A stretch of DNA of 64,000 bases. It comes from Candidatus Heimdallarchaeota archaeon. GTDB lineage: Archaea; Asgardarchaeota; Heimdallarchaeia; Hodarchaeales; Hodarchaeaceae. Numbering within the stretch: the stretch's first letter is position 1; every line of letters starts with the position of its first letter. The notes below the pieces were generated by a model, which saw only the letters and a program-made list of their open reading frames with translations, was not told where the DNA came from and made no database searches. The stretch covers positions 1-64,000 of the forward strand of contig RDOB01000003.1 of assembly GCA_011364965.1 (NCBI GenBank), written 5' to 3'. Made by a program: the position numbers and the translations under genes. Of this stretch, positions 8,288 to 18,801 are shown in pieces.

Positions 8288-10705
8288 CTATTTACGTTTT
8301 CTAACCAAAAAAAAGATTATACCTAAAGCTCCAATTAAACTAAAGAATATTAAAAAGGGTAATACTTGATATTCATAATAGATTTCAGCGCCTAATTGAC
8401 TCACACGATTCCCTGCACTATCAATTACCTCTACTTTATATAATACATAAGTTCCAGATGATTGTCCAGGGATGATAGCAGTATAAAGATGATTTGATTG
8501 GCTTAATGTCATTGAGAAGGTCACCCAAGTAGTACCATTATCAATTGAATAAGAAAGATTTACATTTTCAACCCCACTGAGAGAATCACTTGCATTTACT
8601 GTAACTTTAACATCTAAACCTGGAAGTACCTCCCCTTTAGGTTGATGAGTTAGCTTATTAATTACGGGTTTAGATTCATCCACTTGAATTCCTGTGATTA
8701 TATTATGTGGTAATTCTTCATTTCCTGCTTTATCTACGCTCCAGTATTCCAATTTATTATTTTTTCCTTCTGTTAAAATCCGGGGTTGTCCATCCTGTGA
8801 GGTGCTTTTTATTAAACCATCATTTATACGGTAGTAAATACGAGCGACACCACATAAATCATCAGACGCAGTTAGATTGATCATTGGATCTTGGGTATAC
8901 CAGTCTGCTATATGATCAGTTTGCGTTACAGGGCTTTCTGTATCATAAGAAACTAGCATACTATCAACAACTACTCCATCGATAAGAAGTTGATTATTTT
9001 CAATCGTTAGCGTACCATTCGCAGGAGTCAAAACTGCAAGAATAGCTGTATCGGCAGGTATTGTTATATTAGTAAGCCCTGACACATCCTCTAATATATA
9101 ATCATCGATGGTAGCATCATAGATATCTTTGGTTTCCAAACCAATGTTTATCTCTATTGTTTTCTCAGTATCATACGGATTAAAATATAAATAAGTAGGA
9201 TAGGCTGCATCACGGAAATAATCGGTTTTTAGGCAATCTAGCTGCAATATTCTCTCCTCAGTAGTGGGAGATATTATTCCTCCGAAAATACCTACATGAG
9301 AACTACCATAAAGTCCTAAATTAGTAATACTTTCAGGATTTTGAGTCAAATACCTATCTTGATCAATATCACCAGTAGCTAAAGGGCTGATGCTTCCTCT
9401 TACTTTCCTCAATGCCTCATACGCAATCGAAGCATTTAGATCATAGATGAATGCCCAATCTTCACTATCCTGATGCAAGGCATCCAAGGCATTTGAGTAG
9501 AATAATCGAGCAGCATTAGCAGCATTCAACACATATTTTCCAATATCATGAGCAAATCGATCATCATATCTCACCAATGGCATTAAAGCCCCAACATTCT
9601 CAAAAGTGCCCATTGCGAAAGCATATCCTCCTCCATCTGTTGTAGAACCGTGTAACCCATAACAATCATATCCTCCCCAGTTCTCTGCTATTACTCCCCA
9701 ACCTGGCCGAATATTGCTTGGTTCGAATGCCCAATTGATGAGCTTGTCCACATCATAATTCAAACCCAATTCTGCATTCATTCGTGCTGCAGTAGTGACT
9801 CCATAAGGAAAAAGAACCTCATAGTAAGGATTAAAGCTGATTTTTTGTAGATAATCCATACACCATTTCGCAGCGGTGAGATACTTTGTTTGTCCCCATT
9901 TCAGATACGCAATATATTCAATCCACCCGATTGCAGCAGCAGCATCAGGTTCGTACCACCTCCCATTATTAACGGGTTCCATTTCACTAAAATCAAATGC
10001 AGTATGCAGAAAATTTGGTATAACCCAAGGATCTATTTGACCACCCATAGCAACACATGCATCATATAATCTGTCAGCTACTATTTGCATTTCATCTTGA
10101 AATTCTCCTGTATTGGGATAGAAATCTGCTAATTGATAAAATAAGATATTGGGGAACAATTCATACCAAAAGCTTCCCCCAGTCAGTGTTCTTCGATTAT
10201 TGAGGTATAAATATTCTCCTGAGTCAACATTAAACCATGGTTCACAGAATTCAGCCCAGTTATAGCCGTTTTGGTTGCTTTTGTTGATTCCAACTAGTGA
10301 TGCACTGATAACAGCAGCAATACAATTAATTGCTTCATCAGCGGGAGGTCTACCGACATATGAGGGTATACTGAAGCTATCACGGTTGAAACCATTCGGT
10401 TGTAGAGTATTCCAACTAATTAGAGGAAGATGAGTACCAGTTTTATTAAAATCAAAGATAAACGCGTCATAATCCTTGGCAACCTGACTCCAATTTCGCA
10501 TGGTATATGGAGTAGGGAGATTTGGCATCAATTGTACGCGACTAATTTGTCCTAGCAGAGTTAATTCCTGCTGAATTTGCTTTTTGGGAACTGTTTCAAA
10601 GACTTCAATTGGATTTTGGAAATCCATGGTAGCTCTAGATAAAAAAATACTGGAGAAAATTAGTAAAATCACAACTGGGATGAAATTTTGAATAGCAATT
10701 CGCAT
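8288..10705 (-). CDS. Large secreted, surface-anchored putative glycoside-hydrolase-like protein with C-terminal Ig-like domains
   Basis: Signal peptide, then an aromatic/acidic helical core (FWYELFPN, EPDAAA, GSTTDGGGYAFAM), Ig-like repeats (YWSVDKAGN, DSAGN), and TM + RKRK. Confidence 0.6.
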   Translation of the reverse strand: MRIAIQNFIPVVILLIFSSIFLSRATMDFQNPIEVFETVPKKQIQQELTLLGQISRVQLMPNLPTPYTMRNWSQVAKDYDAFIFDFNKTGTHLPLISWNTLQPNGFNRDSFSIPSYVGRPPADEAINCIAAVISASLVGINKSNQNGYNWAEFCEPWFNVDSGEYLYLNNRRTLTGGSFWYELFPNILFYQLADFYPNTGEFQDEMQIVADRLYDACVAMGGQIDPWVIPNFLHTAFDFSEMEPVNNGRWYEPDAAAAIGWIEYIAYLKWGQTKYLTAAKWCMDYLQKISFNPYYEVLFPYGVTTAARMNAELGLNYDVDKLINWAFEPSNIRPGWGVIAENWGGYDCYGLHGSTTDGGGYAFAMGTFENVGALMPLVRYDDRFAHDIGKYVLNAANAARLFYSNALDALHQDSEDWAFIYDLNASIAYEALRKVRGSISPLATGDIDQDRYLTQNPESITNLGLYGSSHVGIFGGIISPTTEERILQLDCLKTDYFRDAAYPTYLYFNPYDTEKTIEINIGLETKDIYDATIDDYILEDVSGLTNITIPADTAILAVLTPANGTLTIENNQLLIDGVVVDSMLVSYDTESPVTQTDHIADWYTQDPMINLTASDDLCGVARIYYRINDGLIKSTSQDGQPRILTEGKNNKLEYWSVDKAGNEELPHNIITGIQVDESKPVINKLTHQPKGEVLPGLDVKVTVNASDSLSGVENVNLSYSIDNGTTWVTFSMTLSQSNHLYTAIIPGQSSGTYVLYKVEVIDSAGNRVSQLGAEIYYEYQVLPFLIFFSLIGALGIIFFLVRKRK

Positions 10706-11181
10706 TTTCTAATCAATCCTTGGACAATGAATTCAGTAAAGGCATTACTCCAGCATTGGTATTTTGTTTTAATTTTTTGACCACTTAAATTCAGAGTTAA
10801 TTACCTCAAAAATCTCCGAAATGTGAAGATAAATAAGAGAATGTCCTTCATTAGGAAAAAATGCTTATAGAAATTCTTTAATTTCGGACACAGCTCTTGT
10901 GTAAGATTTATTGGTATATTCTGATCTTTATCTCCCTGTTATAGATGAATGAGAATTTGGGAAGAAATATTTTTCGGTAAAAATCCCCAATTTCTTGTTA
11001 ATAATTTGAACTTTTTCACTACTTAGTTCCAAAATTGTTTTTCCAAACTCCAAATCTATTTCCTACGATATTGTATTATTTTCGGAACTTTATATAAAGC
11101 CACTTCAAACTTGAATGAAATTTTATTATTAATTTGAAATTCGATTTGTATTTATTCTGATTATTTTTCTCCTTTTAATCG

Positions 11182-12078
11182 GTGTCAATGGCTTTTAGAG
11201 ATTTTAAAGACTCAGATAAGGCAACTTTACAAGTTTTACTCTCGAACATTAACCTTTCAGCTCTTGAAACATGGAACACCCATTATCCAAGTGCGGTTAT
11301 AAAGAAATGCTTGATTTATGAAAGTGAAACTAATGCAGGGCAGATTACAGCGATCGAGCTTGATGATCAAATCACAATTTACCTTTCATTTTTAAAAGTT
11401 GTAAAAGAAAAAGAGATTTTGGATCAGATAAAAATAGAAATAATGGAAATAATTTCAAGAAGTGATCCAAACAATAATATTATCATCAGTGTTTGGGGAA
11501 AGAACGAAAACATTCTTTCTCTTTTTGATGATAAAAATTTTCAGGTTATCTCATCTGCTATCCTTTTTCGGTATACAGGTCAATGGCCAATTGAATATCC
11601 AGATAATATGCTTAAAGAGTTAGATTTATGTATTAAACCATTTTCTGAAAATGCTTTTGACCAATACATCAATCTATTAGATGATGCATTTGAAGAACTC
11701 CTACTTCGTAATAACCGTCCATTAAGACCTCATAGCATTCATAGAAAACGAATTTTAGAGGGTTTCAAAGTTTCCAATGAGCTTAAGAACTTCTATACCC
11801 TCTGGAATCACAATGAGCTAATAGGATTATATATTCTAGAAAATAACCATATTGATATGTTGGCAATTCATCCAAGATTTCAAAATATGAAATATGGAAC
11901 TCTCCTACTTAAGCATTCTTTAAATCTTTTAATAACAGATCGAAAGAACGGTGAAGTATATCTCTATATCCAAAAGATGAACACAAAGGCTCAAAAATTT
12001 TATCAAAACAGAGGATTTGAAGAAATCAGTGAATTTATGGATTTTCTATATCAGGAAAAAGAAGAAGAAGAAAGCTAA
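11182..12078 (+). CDS. GNAT-family N-acetyltransferase
   Basis: LAIHPRFQNMKYGTLLL motif A and NTKAQKFYQNRGF motif B. Confidence 0.85.
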   Translation: MSMAFRDFKDSDKATLQVLLSNINLSALETWNTHYPSAVIKKCLIYESETNAGQITAIELDDQITIYLSFLKVVKEKEILDQIKIEIMEIISRSDPNNNIIISVWGKNENILSLFDDKNFQVISSAILFRYTGQWPIEYPDNMLKELDLCIKPFSENAFDQYINLLDDAFEELLLRNNRPLRPHSIHRKRILEGFKVSNELKNFYTLWNHNELIGLYILENNHIDMLAIHPRFQNMKYGTLLLKHSLNLLITDRKNGEVYLYIQKMNTKAQKFYQNRGFEEISEFMDFLYQEKEEEES

Positions 12079-12141
12079 AAAAATCTCCAATTTAGAAATA
12101 TTCAAAATTCTTAATTAATATCAAACTCTAAGGGAGTTATT

Positions 12142-13350
12142 ATGGAAATAACAGCTACAAAATCATCACAAAATAGATTCTATATTATTACTACTGATTT
12201 GATACAAGGTATATTTCTATTTTTCTTTGTTATCGGACATACAGGATTATGGTGGGATTCCACATTGGATGTACGATGGCCGAATATTCCAATCCTAGGG
12301 TCACTTCTTGTAACTTTCGCTTTAGTGATTCCACCAGGTTTTCTTTTCCTATATGCTTTTAATACAGTAAACTCCCTTCTGCGTCGTGAAACAAAGGAGG
12401 AAAGACTCAAAAGCCGTATACGCGTCTTAAAGCGAGGAATATTATTCCTGGCTATTGCAGAAATTGCAGAAGCATCTTCAGCTCTAGTGGTTTCTCCTGA
12501 GCATTTATTTAACTTTTTATTGACATGGGAACTGTTTCACATGTTTGGGCTGGCTAGTTTTGTAATTATTATAATTTTTGAACTAGCATGGAGAATCGAG
12601 GAGAAGTTTGGATGGAATTATAAAAAAAATGCCATGATGCTTATGCTAGGAACGGCTATTATTACTTTATGTCTCTATCTCATTTTTCATGACTACTCCC
12701 TGAGTACAAGAATTAAAGGATTGTACGTGGAACTCACTTGGCAATCTATTCTAGAAAGAGCTGTTTTCGAACTCGGTCAAGCGCCAATTATTCCATTTCT
12801 CACTTTCCCGATGGTTGGGGGCCTTGTATCTACGTTTTTGGATCTTCCATATAACTCTAAAGAGATCATCCGCCAACGAATGGGATATATTACTGGAATT
12901 GGGATAGTAGCTATGATCGTAGGATTTCTTTTATTAAGGATAGAACCTTATGTAGGGCCTCCTGTATTTTATCCTGCGTCTTCTCCGTTAGTATTCTTTT
13001 CAATTGGTAGTAACATTTTAATGAGTATGCTAGGAATTTATTTTCTTGATCTTGACTCTTTATACGGCAGGAAGCAGCCAAATAAAATACTTCTCCCAAT
13101 TGTTTTAGTAAGTAAGATAACTTTTACTGTTTACATTGTCCATAACTTTGCATATGTCATCCCCTCGGATCTTCCAATCATTCAAACACTCATTCCTAAT
13201 CTCAATATAGTTATTCTTGCTGGTTTCCTATATGCGTGTTTTTTTATCGCGATTGCAGCAATTTGGCAGAAATGGCGATTTAAGTTTAGCTTAGAATGGT
13301 GGATCGTGACTTTACAGAACAAATCATGGCTATGGTGGCTCAAAAATTAA
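12142..13350 (+). CDS. Multi-pass membrane protein, DUF1624/HGSNAT-like acyltransferase
   Basis: N-terminal D-x-x-x-G...H (DLIQGIFLFFFVIGH), about 10 TMs, and TFTVYIVH and SLEW near the C-terminus. Confidence 0.6.
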   Translation: MEITATKSSQNRFYIITTDLIQGIFLFFFVIGHTGLWWDSTLDVRWPNIPILGSLLVTFALVIPPGFLFLYAFNTVNSLLRRETKEERLKSRIRVLKRGILFLAIAEIAEASSALVVSPEHLFNFLLTWELFHMFGLASFVIIIIFELAWRIEEKFGWNYKKNAMMLMLGTAIITLCLYLIFHDYSLSTRIKGLYVELTWQSILERAVFELGQAPIIPFLTFPMVGGLVSTFLDLPYNSKEIIRQRMGYITGIGIVAMIVGFLLLRIEPYVGPPVFYPASSPLVFFSIGSNILMSMLGIYFLDLDSLYGRKQPNKILLPIVLVSKITFTVYIVHNFAYVIPSDLPIIQTLIPNLNIVILAGFLYACFFIAIAAIWQKWRFKFSLEWWIVTLQNKSWLWWLKN

Positions 13351-13368
13351 AATTAAAGTTAACAACCA

Positions 13369-14250
13369 TCATTTCTTATGAATCTTGAAGGTACAAACAT
13401 TATCTCCAGAAGCTTTACATGTTTCCTCGATCACATATAATCGGGGATTATCAAAGCATCCCTCAATAAATCCAGCGAAAAAATGGCACATCGGTTTGGT
13501 CGATTGTTTTCCTCTGCAAACAGGACAAATAGTAAAAGTATACAACTGATAAGTTGAATTGAATTTCGTAATAGAAATTTCGTTTAACAGGTTCAATACT
13601 TCCTTTTGGCTAAGGCCTATACGCTGCTTGTATTTAAAATTGGAAATTTCAATTCCAAGATAAATACCGAGAGAAAACATAATTTGATCTTTATTTTCAA
13701 CCGTATATTTCTCATCTAGCAACCTGATCATGCGTATCGTATCATTTGGAAAGCCAGAGATCAGAGTTTCCCCTTCATTCACCAAATCTTCTATAATTTT
13801 TAGGGAGATCTCTCTCGGAAGAAAATTGAATAGGTTAGTGTGTGATTCATATAATTTGATGAGGGTTTGGTAAATCTCCATAACTACTTTTTCAAACGCA
13901 GAGAATAAGCTACTTTCGACGAGGGAATTTGGATTGGCTTCAATTAGACTTAAATATGAATCTAAAAATGCCTGCTTAATTTGCTGATTTAAAAATCCTC
14001 CAAGTTGGTTCCCTCGAGAACCACTACTGTGAACAGCAAATATGAGGTCATTATAAAGGCTAAATTGAAGCATACCGTCCTCAATATTAATAGATTCCAG
14101 ATCAGCCTGAGTAACTTCTTTAATAAACATATTAATTGCACTTGATATTCCAGCAAACAAGATTTGATTCATTCGTTCTTCTGAAACATCAAAAGTCATG
14201 CTAAAGATCGGTAAGCCTGTTTTCAGAAAAATATATGCCCCATTAATCAC
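13369..14250 (-). CDS. Longin-like domain fused to V4R (Bet3/TRAPP-clan) domain
   Basis: The N-terminus (AYIFLKTGLPIFS...LFAGISSAINMFIKEV...LESINIEDG...LIFAV) fits a longin pattern. The C-terminus (CPVC..MCHFFAGFIEG..VIEETCKASGDNVCTF) fits V4R. Confidence 0.75.
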   Translation of the reverse strand: MINGAYIFLKTGLPIFSMTFDVSEERMNQILFAGISSAINMFIKEVTQADLESINIEDGMLQFSLYNDLIFAVHSSGSRGNQLGGFLNQQIKQAFLDSYLSLIEANPNSLVESSLFSAFEKVVMEIYQTLIKLYESHTNLFNFLPREISLKIIEDLVNEGETLISGFPNDTIRMIRLLDEKYTVENKDQIMFSLGIYLGIEISNFKYKQRIGLSQKEVLNLLNEISITKFNSTYQLYTFTICPVCRGKQSTKPMCHFFAGFIEGCFDNPRLYVIEETCKASGDNVCTFKIHKK

Positions 14251-14272
14251 ACTGGTTCACAGATCCATCAGT

Positions 14273-14656
14273 CTATCTTTCGTCTCCAAATAATCTATCA
14301 GAAAATTGATAGAAGTGATAAAAACTGATGATGAGAAGGAATATCGCCCCCAAAAACAAGAATAATCGACTTGGTTTCCAAAGAACATCATAAAACTCTT
14401 TTGGAGAGAACCAGAAAAACTCATCAAAAGCATCCATTGCCATTGAAATAATCCCAAGAAGGGAAAATCCCATAAGAGGCCGAAAAGTTTTTTTCCGTTC
14501 AATGACGGGATATTTCTTTGCAGCAAGAATTACTAAATATAATAAGGCAATGAAAGCGAAAACAGTCATAACATCCAGTAATGCCTTAATTATTGTTAAT
14601 GGTTCATTGGGGGGATGATATGTAATAGCTTCGGGTATTAAATCAAGTGTAATCAT
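14273..14656 (-). CDS. Small 3-TM membrane protein, paralog of the upstream gene
   Basis: Three hydrophobic segments with KKYP, DAFDEFFW and EFYD motifs. Confidence 0.75.
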   Translation of the reverse strand: MITLDLIPEAITYHPPNEPLTIIKALLDVMTVFAFIALLYLVILAAKKYPVIERKKTFRPLMGFSLLGIISMAMDAFDEFFWFSPKEFYDVLWKPSRLFLFLGAIFLLIISFYHFYQFSDRLFGDER

Positions 14657-14662
14657 AATCTC

Positions 14663-14995
14663 TTACTCCCAAGCACTAGCTCCATAATTAGCTATCTTCC
14701 AGATTCCTATACCGATTAAAATAATTCCGAGGACGAAGAAAGATCCATCAAACAAGTTTAACCAATCTGTAAATTCTGAAATATCCCATTTTAAAGTATC
14801 AAGGGCATCAAAAACAGCATGTAGTGAAATCCCGAGTAATCCGAAGCAAATTTCATTCCAACCGTGGACAGTTAATTTGGGAAAACGTATACGGACTCTA
14901 TAACCAATAATAAGGGCAATAAACAGTCCTAATACAATTAAGACCTCAATGACTATAAGAAACAGATCTGCTGGATCTAAATAAACTAATACCAT
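14663..14995 (-). CDS. Small 3-TM membrane protein
   Basis: ATG 14995 follows GGTGA. RFP, DALDTLKW and EFTD motifs parallel those of the neighbour. Confidence 0.75.
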   Translation of the reverse strand: MVLVYLDPADLFLIVIEVLIVLGLFIALIIGYRVRIRFPKLTVHGWNEICFGLLGISLHAVFDALDTLKWDISEFTDWLNLFDGSFFVLGIILIGIGIWKIANYGASAWE

Positions 14996-15215
14996 GTTTT
15001 CACCAAGGAGGAATCTTTTATTGAATAGATTCACTCTCTTTATTTAAAATCTTTAGAATGCTAGTTTGGTAAAAATTCTTTTGTTATATGCATTTTACCC
15101 AAGTAAAAGATTGAAATGTAATAATTGGAGATTATCTGACTTTAAGATAGTCCTTTATTATTGAATAACCTTAAAGGTGGAAATAGAGAATCTATTCAAG
15201 AATCTTTAGCTCGTT

Positions 15216-16097
15216 TTATTCAGGATATAAAGGTATAAATCCAGCACTTGTTGCTTGTTTAACTAATTGCAGTTGTTCTTCTTCATGAAGGATTTTAAAT
15301 CTTTCAAGAGCATTAAAAATATTGGGCCATAAAGAAACGTCACAAGGTATTGAATAGGTAGTCACACCTGGCTGGGAGAGGGTGTAATATAGTAATGCAT
15401 CAATCCATTCTTGCTTTGTCATTGGTTCATACCATGTTCCCAAATTTGGCTTTCCTACCCATCTGCGTTGAGATATCGCCTTAATCGCGGTTACACCTAT
15501 ATCAAGCTCTATAGCTTTTTGGAGAACAGGCCGAAAATCATTACTTGGGTCTATATGTGTTAAAGCTGCGATATAAACAGGTAGAAGAATCGTACTAAAG
15601 CCATCAAATTTCTCCAATGCTTCGAGTATGATACGCATATCATTATGACAAGTAATTCCAATATGATTGATAAGACCAGTTTCTTGTGCTTCTTTAAATG
15701 CTTCCAGGGCTCCCTCCTTTCCCAGAATTTGGTTCAGTTCCTCCAATGACGAAACAGCGTGAAATTGATAGGAATCAAAAAATTCCACTCCTAATCGTTT
15801 TAAAGACGCGTGTAACTCGATTTCAGCCCCCTTTTTAGTTCTTTCCATAGTTTTCTCTGCAAGGAAGATTTTATGCCTATTTTTTTTGGCCCAAGAGCTA
15901 AAACGCAGTTCAGCTTCTCCATATGTAGGAGCAATGTCAACAATATTTATCCCCAGCTCAAATGCTCTTTGTATAGCTTGATCAGCTATTTTTTGATAAT
16001 TTTGAGGGCCTTTTTCATGCAACCAACCCAATCCACATCCCCCTAGCGTAAGAATTGAGGCATTAAAACCAGTTTTCCCAAATCGACGAGTTTCCAT
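15216..16097 (-). CDS. Aldo/keto reductase
   Basis: RRFGKTG, GINIVDIAPTYGEAE, SLKRLG..FD.YQFH and IGITCH motifs. Confidence 0.92.
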   Translation of the reverse strand: METRRFGKTGFNASILTLGGCGLGWLHEKGPQNYQKIADQAIQRAFELGINIVDIAPTYGEAELRFSSWAKKNRHKIFLAEKTMERTKKGAEIELHASLKRLGVEFFDSYQFHAVSSLEELNQILGKEGALEAFKEAQETGLINHIGITCHNDMRIILEALEKFDGFSTILLPVYIAALTHIDPSNDFRPVLQKAIELDIGVTAIKAISQRRWVGKPNLGTWYEPMTKQEWIDALLYYTLSQPGVTTYSIPCDVSLWPNIFNALERFKILHEEEQLQLVKQATSAGFIPLYPE

Positions 16098-16206
16098 TAA
16101 AATTTCAACCTATAGAATGACTCAAATACTTCTACGAAATTCTGCTATAATAATATTCTCAAGTTTTCTTATTTCTCGAAAAAAATTAGAGATCGTGTCA
16201 TTATCA

Positions 16207-18789
16207 ATGTCTCCAAAACAACCTACAAAGCAGGTAGAACACTCTAAAGTCATGAATAATATTATAAAAACCCTTGATGGCATAACAAAAAATATAAAAG
16301 AACTGATTTCCGAAGAACTCACGAATGCAATCAAAGAAAGCATGTTTACTTCAATCAGGAATCAAATCAATTTGAACTATGACTCAAAACTTACCTGTGA
16401 ACAATTCTCCGACCAATTTGCTCAATTAATATCACTCAGTTGCTTATATCTATATCAATCGACCAAAAAAAGAACTTATGAACAACATACCCTCATTGAT
16501 ACTCTTCAATCTAAAATAACCCTATTTTTAAAGACCTATAAGTATCTTAATGAAGATATGGTGTTACCTGCATCCATTAGAGGTGAGTTAGGAAAGTTAG
16601 TCAACAATGATTCTGTTAAAGACTTTAAAAATCTCCCAAATAAAGATTTCAATTTGCTAGTTGAACTATTTCTTTCAATATATGATCCTAATTTAAAATT
16701 CACAAAAGGATTGTTTTATACTCCAGTCTCAGTTGTGAATTTCATTATTTATTCCATTGATGAAATTTTAAAGGATATATTCGGACTTAAACAGGGATTA
16801 CGATCAAAAAATATTCAAATTTTTGATCCAGCTTTAGGAAATGGTCTTTTTCTAGATAAATTATTCGCTTTCCTTCAGGAAAACCTTCCTACTCAAGAAA
16901 AACCTCAAGAATTTCCTTCAATCTGGGGATTCGAACTTCTCCTTGTCCCATTCTTTCTTGCAGATTTCCATTTAAGACTCTCAAACACAAAATTTAGTAA
17001 CGTTTGGAACTTAATTCTAGGAAACACACTCACAAAAAAAGATAAATTAGAAGATATTTTAAAAAATCAACATACAGAAGAAAAGAAACCCGTAGCGGTT
17101 ATCTTCGGAAACCCTCCATACTCAGGCCATTCTTCAAGTGAAACTCCCTGGATTTCAGACTTAATCCATGGCCGAGTTGAAAGGGAAAAGAGTTACTTTC
17201 ATGTAAATGGAAATCCGCTAATGGAGAAGAATCCTAAGTGGTTAAATGATGATTATGTGAAATTCATTCGCCTAGGCCAGTGGATGATATCCAAAGCAGG
17301 TGTAGGTTTACTTGCTTTTATTACTAATCATAGTTTTCTTGATAATCCTACGTTTCGTGGGATGAGAGAATCACTACTTAGAGAGTTTTCTGAAATTTAT
17401 ATCATCGATCTCCATGGAAATACCAGACGGAAAGAAAAAGCACCAACAAGAATTAGGGATGAAAATATTTTTGATATCCAACAGGGAGTATGTATTACTT
17501 TTTTTATCAAAAGATTAGTATATTCTCATAAATGTAAAGTATATAGATTTGATCTATGGGGCACAAAGGAATATAAATTCAATTATTTTCAGAACACGAG
17601 CTTTTCCTCCATTGAATGGAAGGAAGTAACTCCTTTTGCTCCTTGGTATATGTTTTATAACCAACACTTAGATAGATGGCTAGAATATTCTCAATGGATG
17701 AAAATAACAGAGATTTTTTCTCTTTATTCAGTAGGCATTATGACTGGTCAAGATAAACTTACAATTCAAAAAACACCTGACAGAGTAAATCAAGCGGTCA
17801 ATGATGTTTTAAATTGCGATAAGGAGGAAATTGAAAGAAAGTACAACATAAAACCTGTGAAAAGACAATGGACGCTTGATAAAGCTCGATCTGATTTAAT
17901 AGTAACTTTAAAAGATAATGTAGACTTTCCGATGAGAAATATTGTGCCAATTCTCTATCGACCATTCGATATTCGTTATACTTTTTTTACAGGTCAGTCA
18001 AGAGGGTTCCATGAGCGCCCAAGGGGAAATATAATGCAACATATGATCAAAGGATCAAATTTAGGGTTGATAGTATCACGAAATTCCAAACCAGCCCCTT
18101 GGAGAGATGTCTTGGTAACTAAATGGATAATTGAACTTGGAGTGATAGCCACACGCCCAGGTAATAATGCGCCGTTATTTCCTCTCTATTTATATAATCA
18201 AGGAGAAAAGGAGTTAAATTTCACTCCAACTATGAAGCGATTTATCTTTCTGAATTACCAAATTGATGAAAACTTAATCTCTCCCATATTCTATTATATC
18301 TATGCACTCCTCCACTCGGGAGGATATCGGAAGAGATATGAAGAATTTTTAAAAATTGATTTTCCTCATATTCCTTTTCCATCATCAACTCATCTACTTA
18401 ACTCTTTAATTAGACTTGGCAAAGAACTTACTGACTTACATTTAAGGGAAAAAAAGGAAGATGGAACCTCAGGTGTTTCATTTAGTAGCGATATTAGTAC
18501 AGAGCCTCTTGAGGTTAAACGATTGCAATATCATGACAGAAAGTTGTATATTTCAAAAAACCATTATATCACTGGAATTCCTAAAAGAGTACTTGATTTT
18601 CATATAGGAACTTATCGTCTGTGTTATAAATGGTTAAAATCAACAAGAAAAACACAATTAACGCAAGATCAAATTATCCAGTTTAAACAACTGGTTAAAA
18701 TCATCCAAGGGACAATTGTATGTATGGATAGAATTGATCAGGAGATTCAAAAATTTGGTGGATGGCCATGTGCATTTATCAGCAAATAA
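16207..18789 (+). CDS. N6-adenine DNA methyltransferase with type ISP/IIG-like C-terminal specificity domain; no nuclease domain seen
   Basis: GLFYTP, FDPALGNG (motif I), GFEL, GNPPYS (motif IV), DDYVKFIR, TFRGMR, DLHGN, YRPFD and DFPHIP motifs. The start may be as early as 16117. Confidence 0.9.
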   Translation: MSPKQPTKQVEHSKVMNNIIKTLDGITKNIKELISEELTNAIKESMFTSIRNQINLNYDSKLTCEQFSDQFAQLISLSCLYLYQSTKKRTYEQHTLIDTLQSKITLFLKTYKYLNEDMVLPASIRGELGKLVNNDSVKDFKNLPNKDFNLLVELFLSIYDPNLKFTKGLFYTPVSVVNFIIYSIDEILKDIFGLKQGLRSKNIQIFDPALGNGLFLDKLFAFLQENLPTQEKPQEFPSIWGFELLLVPFFLADFHLRLSNTKFSNVWNLILGNTLTKKDKLEDILKNQHTEEKKPVAVIFGNPPYSGHSSSETPWISDLIHGRVEREKSYFHVNGNPLMEKNPKWLNDDYVKFIRLGQWMISKAGVGLLAFITNHSFLDNPTFRGMRESLLREFSEIYIIDLHGNTRRKEKAPTRIRDENIFDIQQGVCITFFIKRLVYSHKCKVYRFDLWGTKEYKFNYFQNTSFSSIEWKEVTPFAPWYMFYNQHLDRWLEYSQWMKITEIFSLYSVGIMTGQDKLTIQKTPDRVNQAVNDVLNCDKEEIERKYNIKPVKRQWTLDKARSDLIVTLKDNVDFPMRNIVPILYRPFDIRYTFFTGQSRGFHERPRGNIMQHMIKGSNLGLIVSRNSKPAPWRDVLVTKWIIELGVIATRPGNNAPLFPLYLYNQGEKELNFTPTMKRFIFLNYQIDENLISPIFYYIYALLHSGGYRKRYEEFLKIDFPHIPFPSSTHLLNSLIRLGKELTDLHLREKKEDGTSGVSFSSDISTEPLEVKRLQYHDRKLYISKNHYITGIPKRVLDFHIGTYRLCYKWLKSTRKTQLTQDQIIQFKQLVKIIQGTIVCMDRIDQEIQKFGGWPCAFISK

Positions 18790-18801
18790 TTTCTTCTGAA
18801 A

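Noticed and set aside
10706-11181. Long intergenic region with short minus-strand open stretches (EIDLEFGKTILEL...)
   Set aside because: It could be a decayed gene, but I see no identifiable homology, start or RNA structure.
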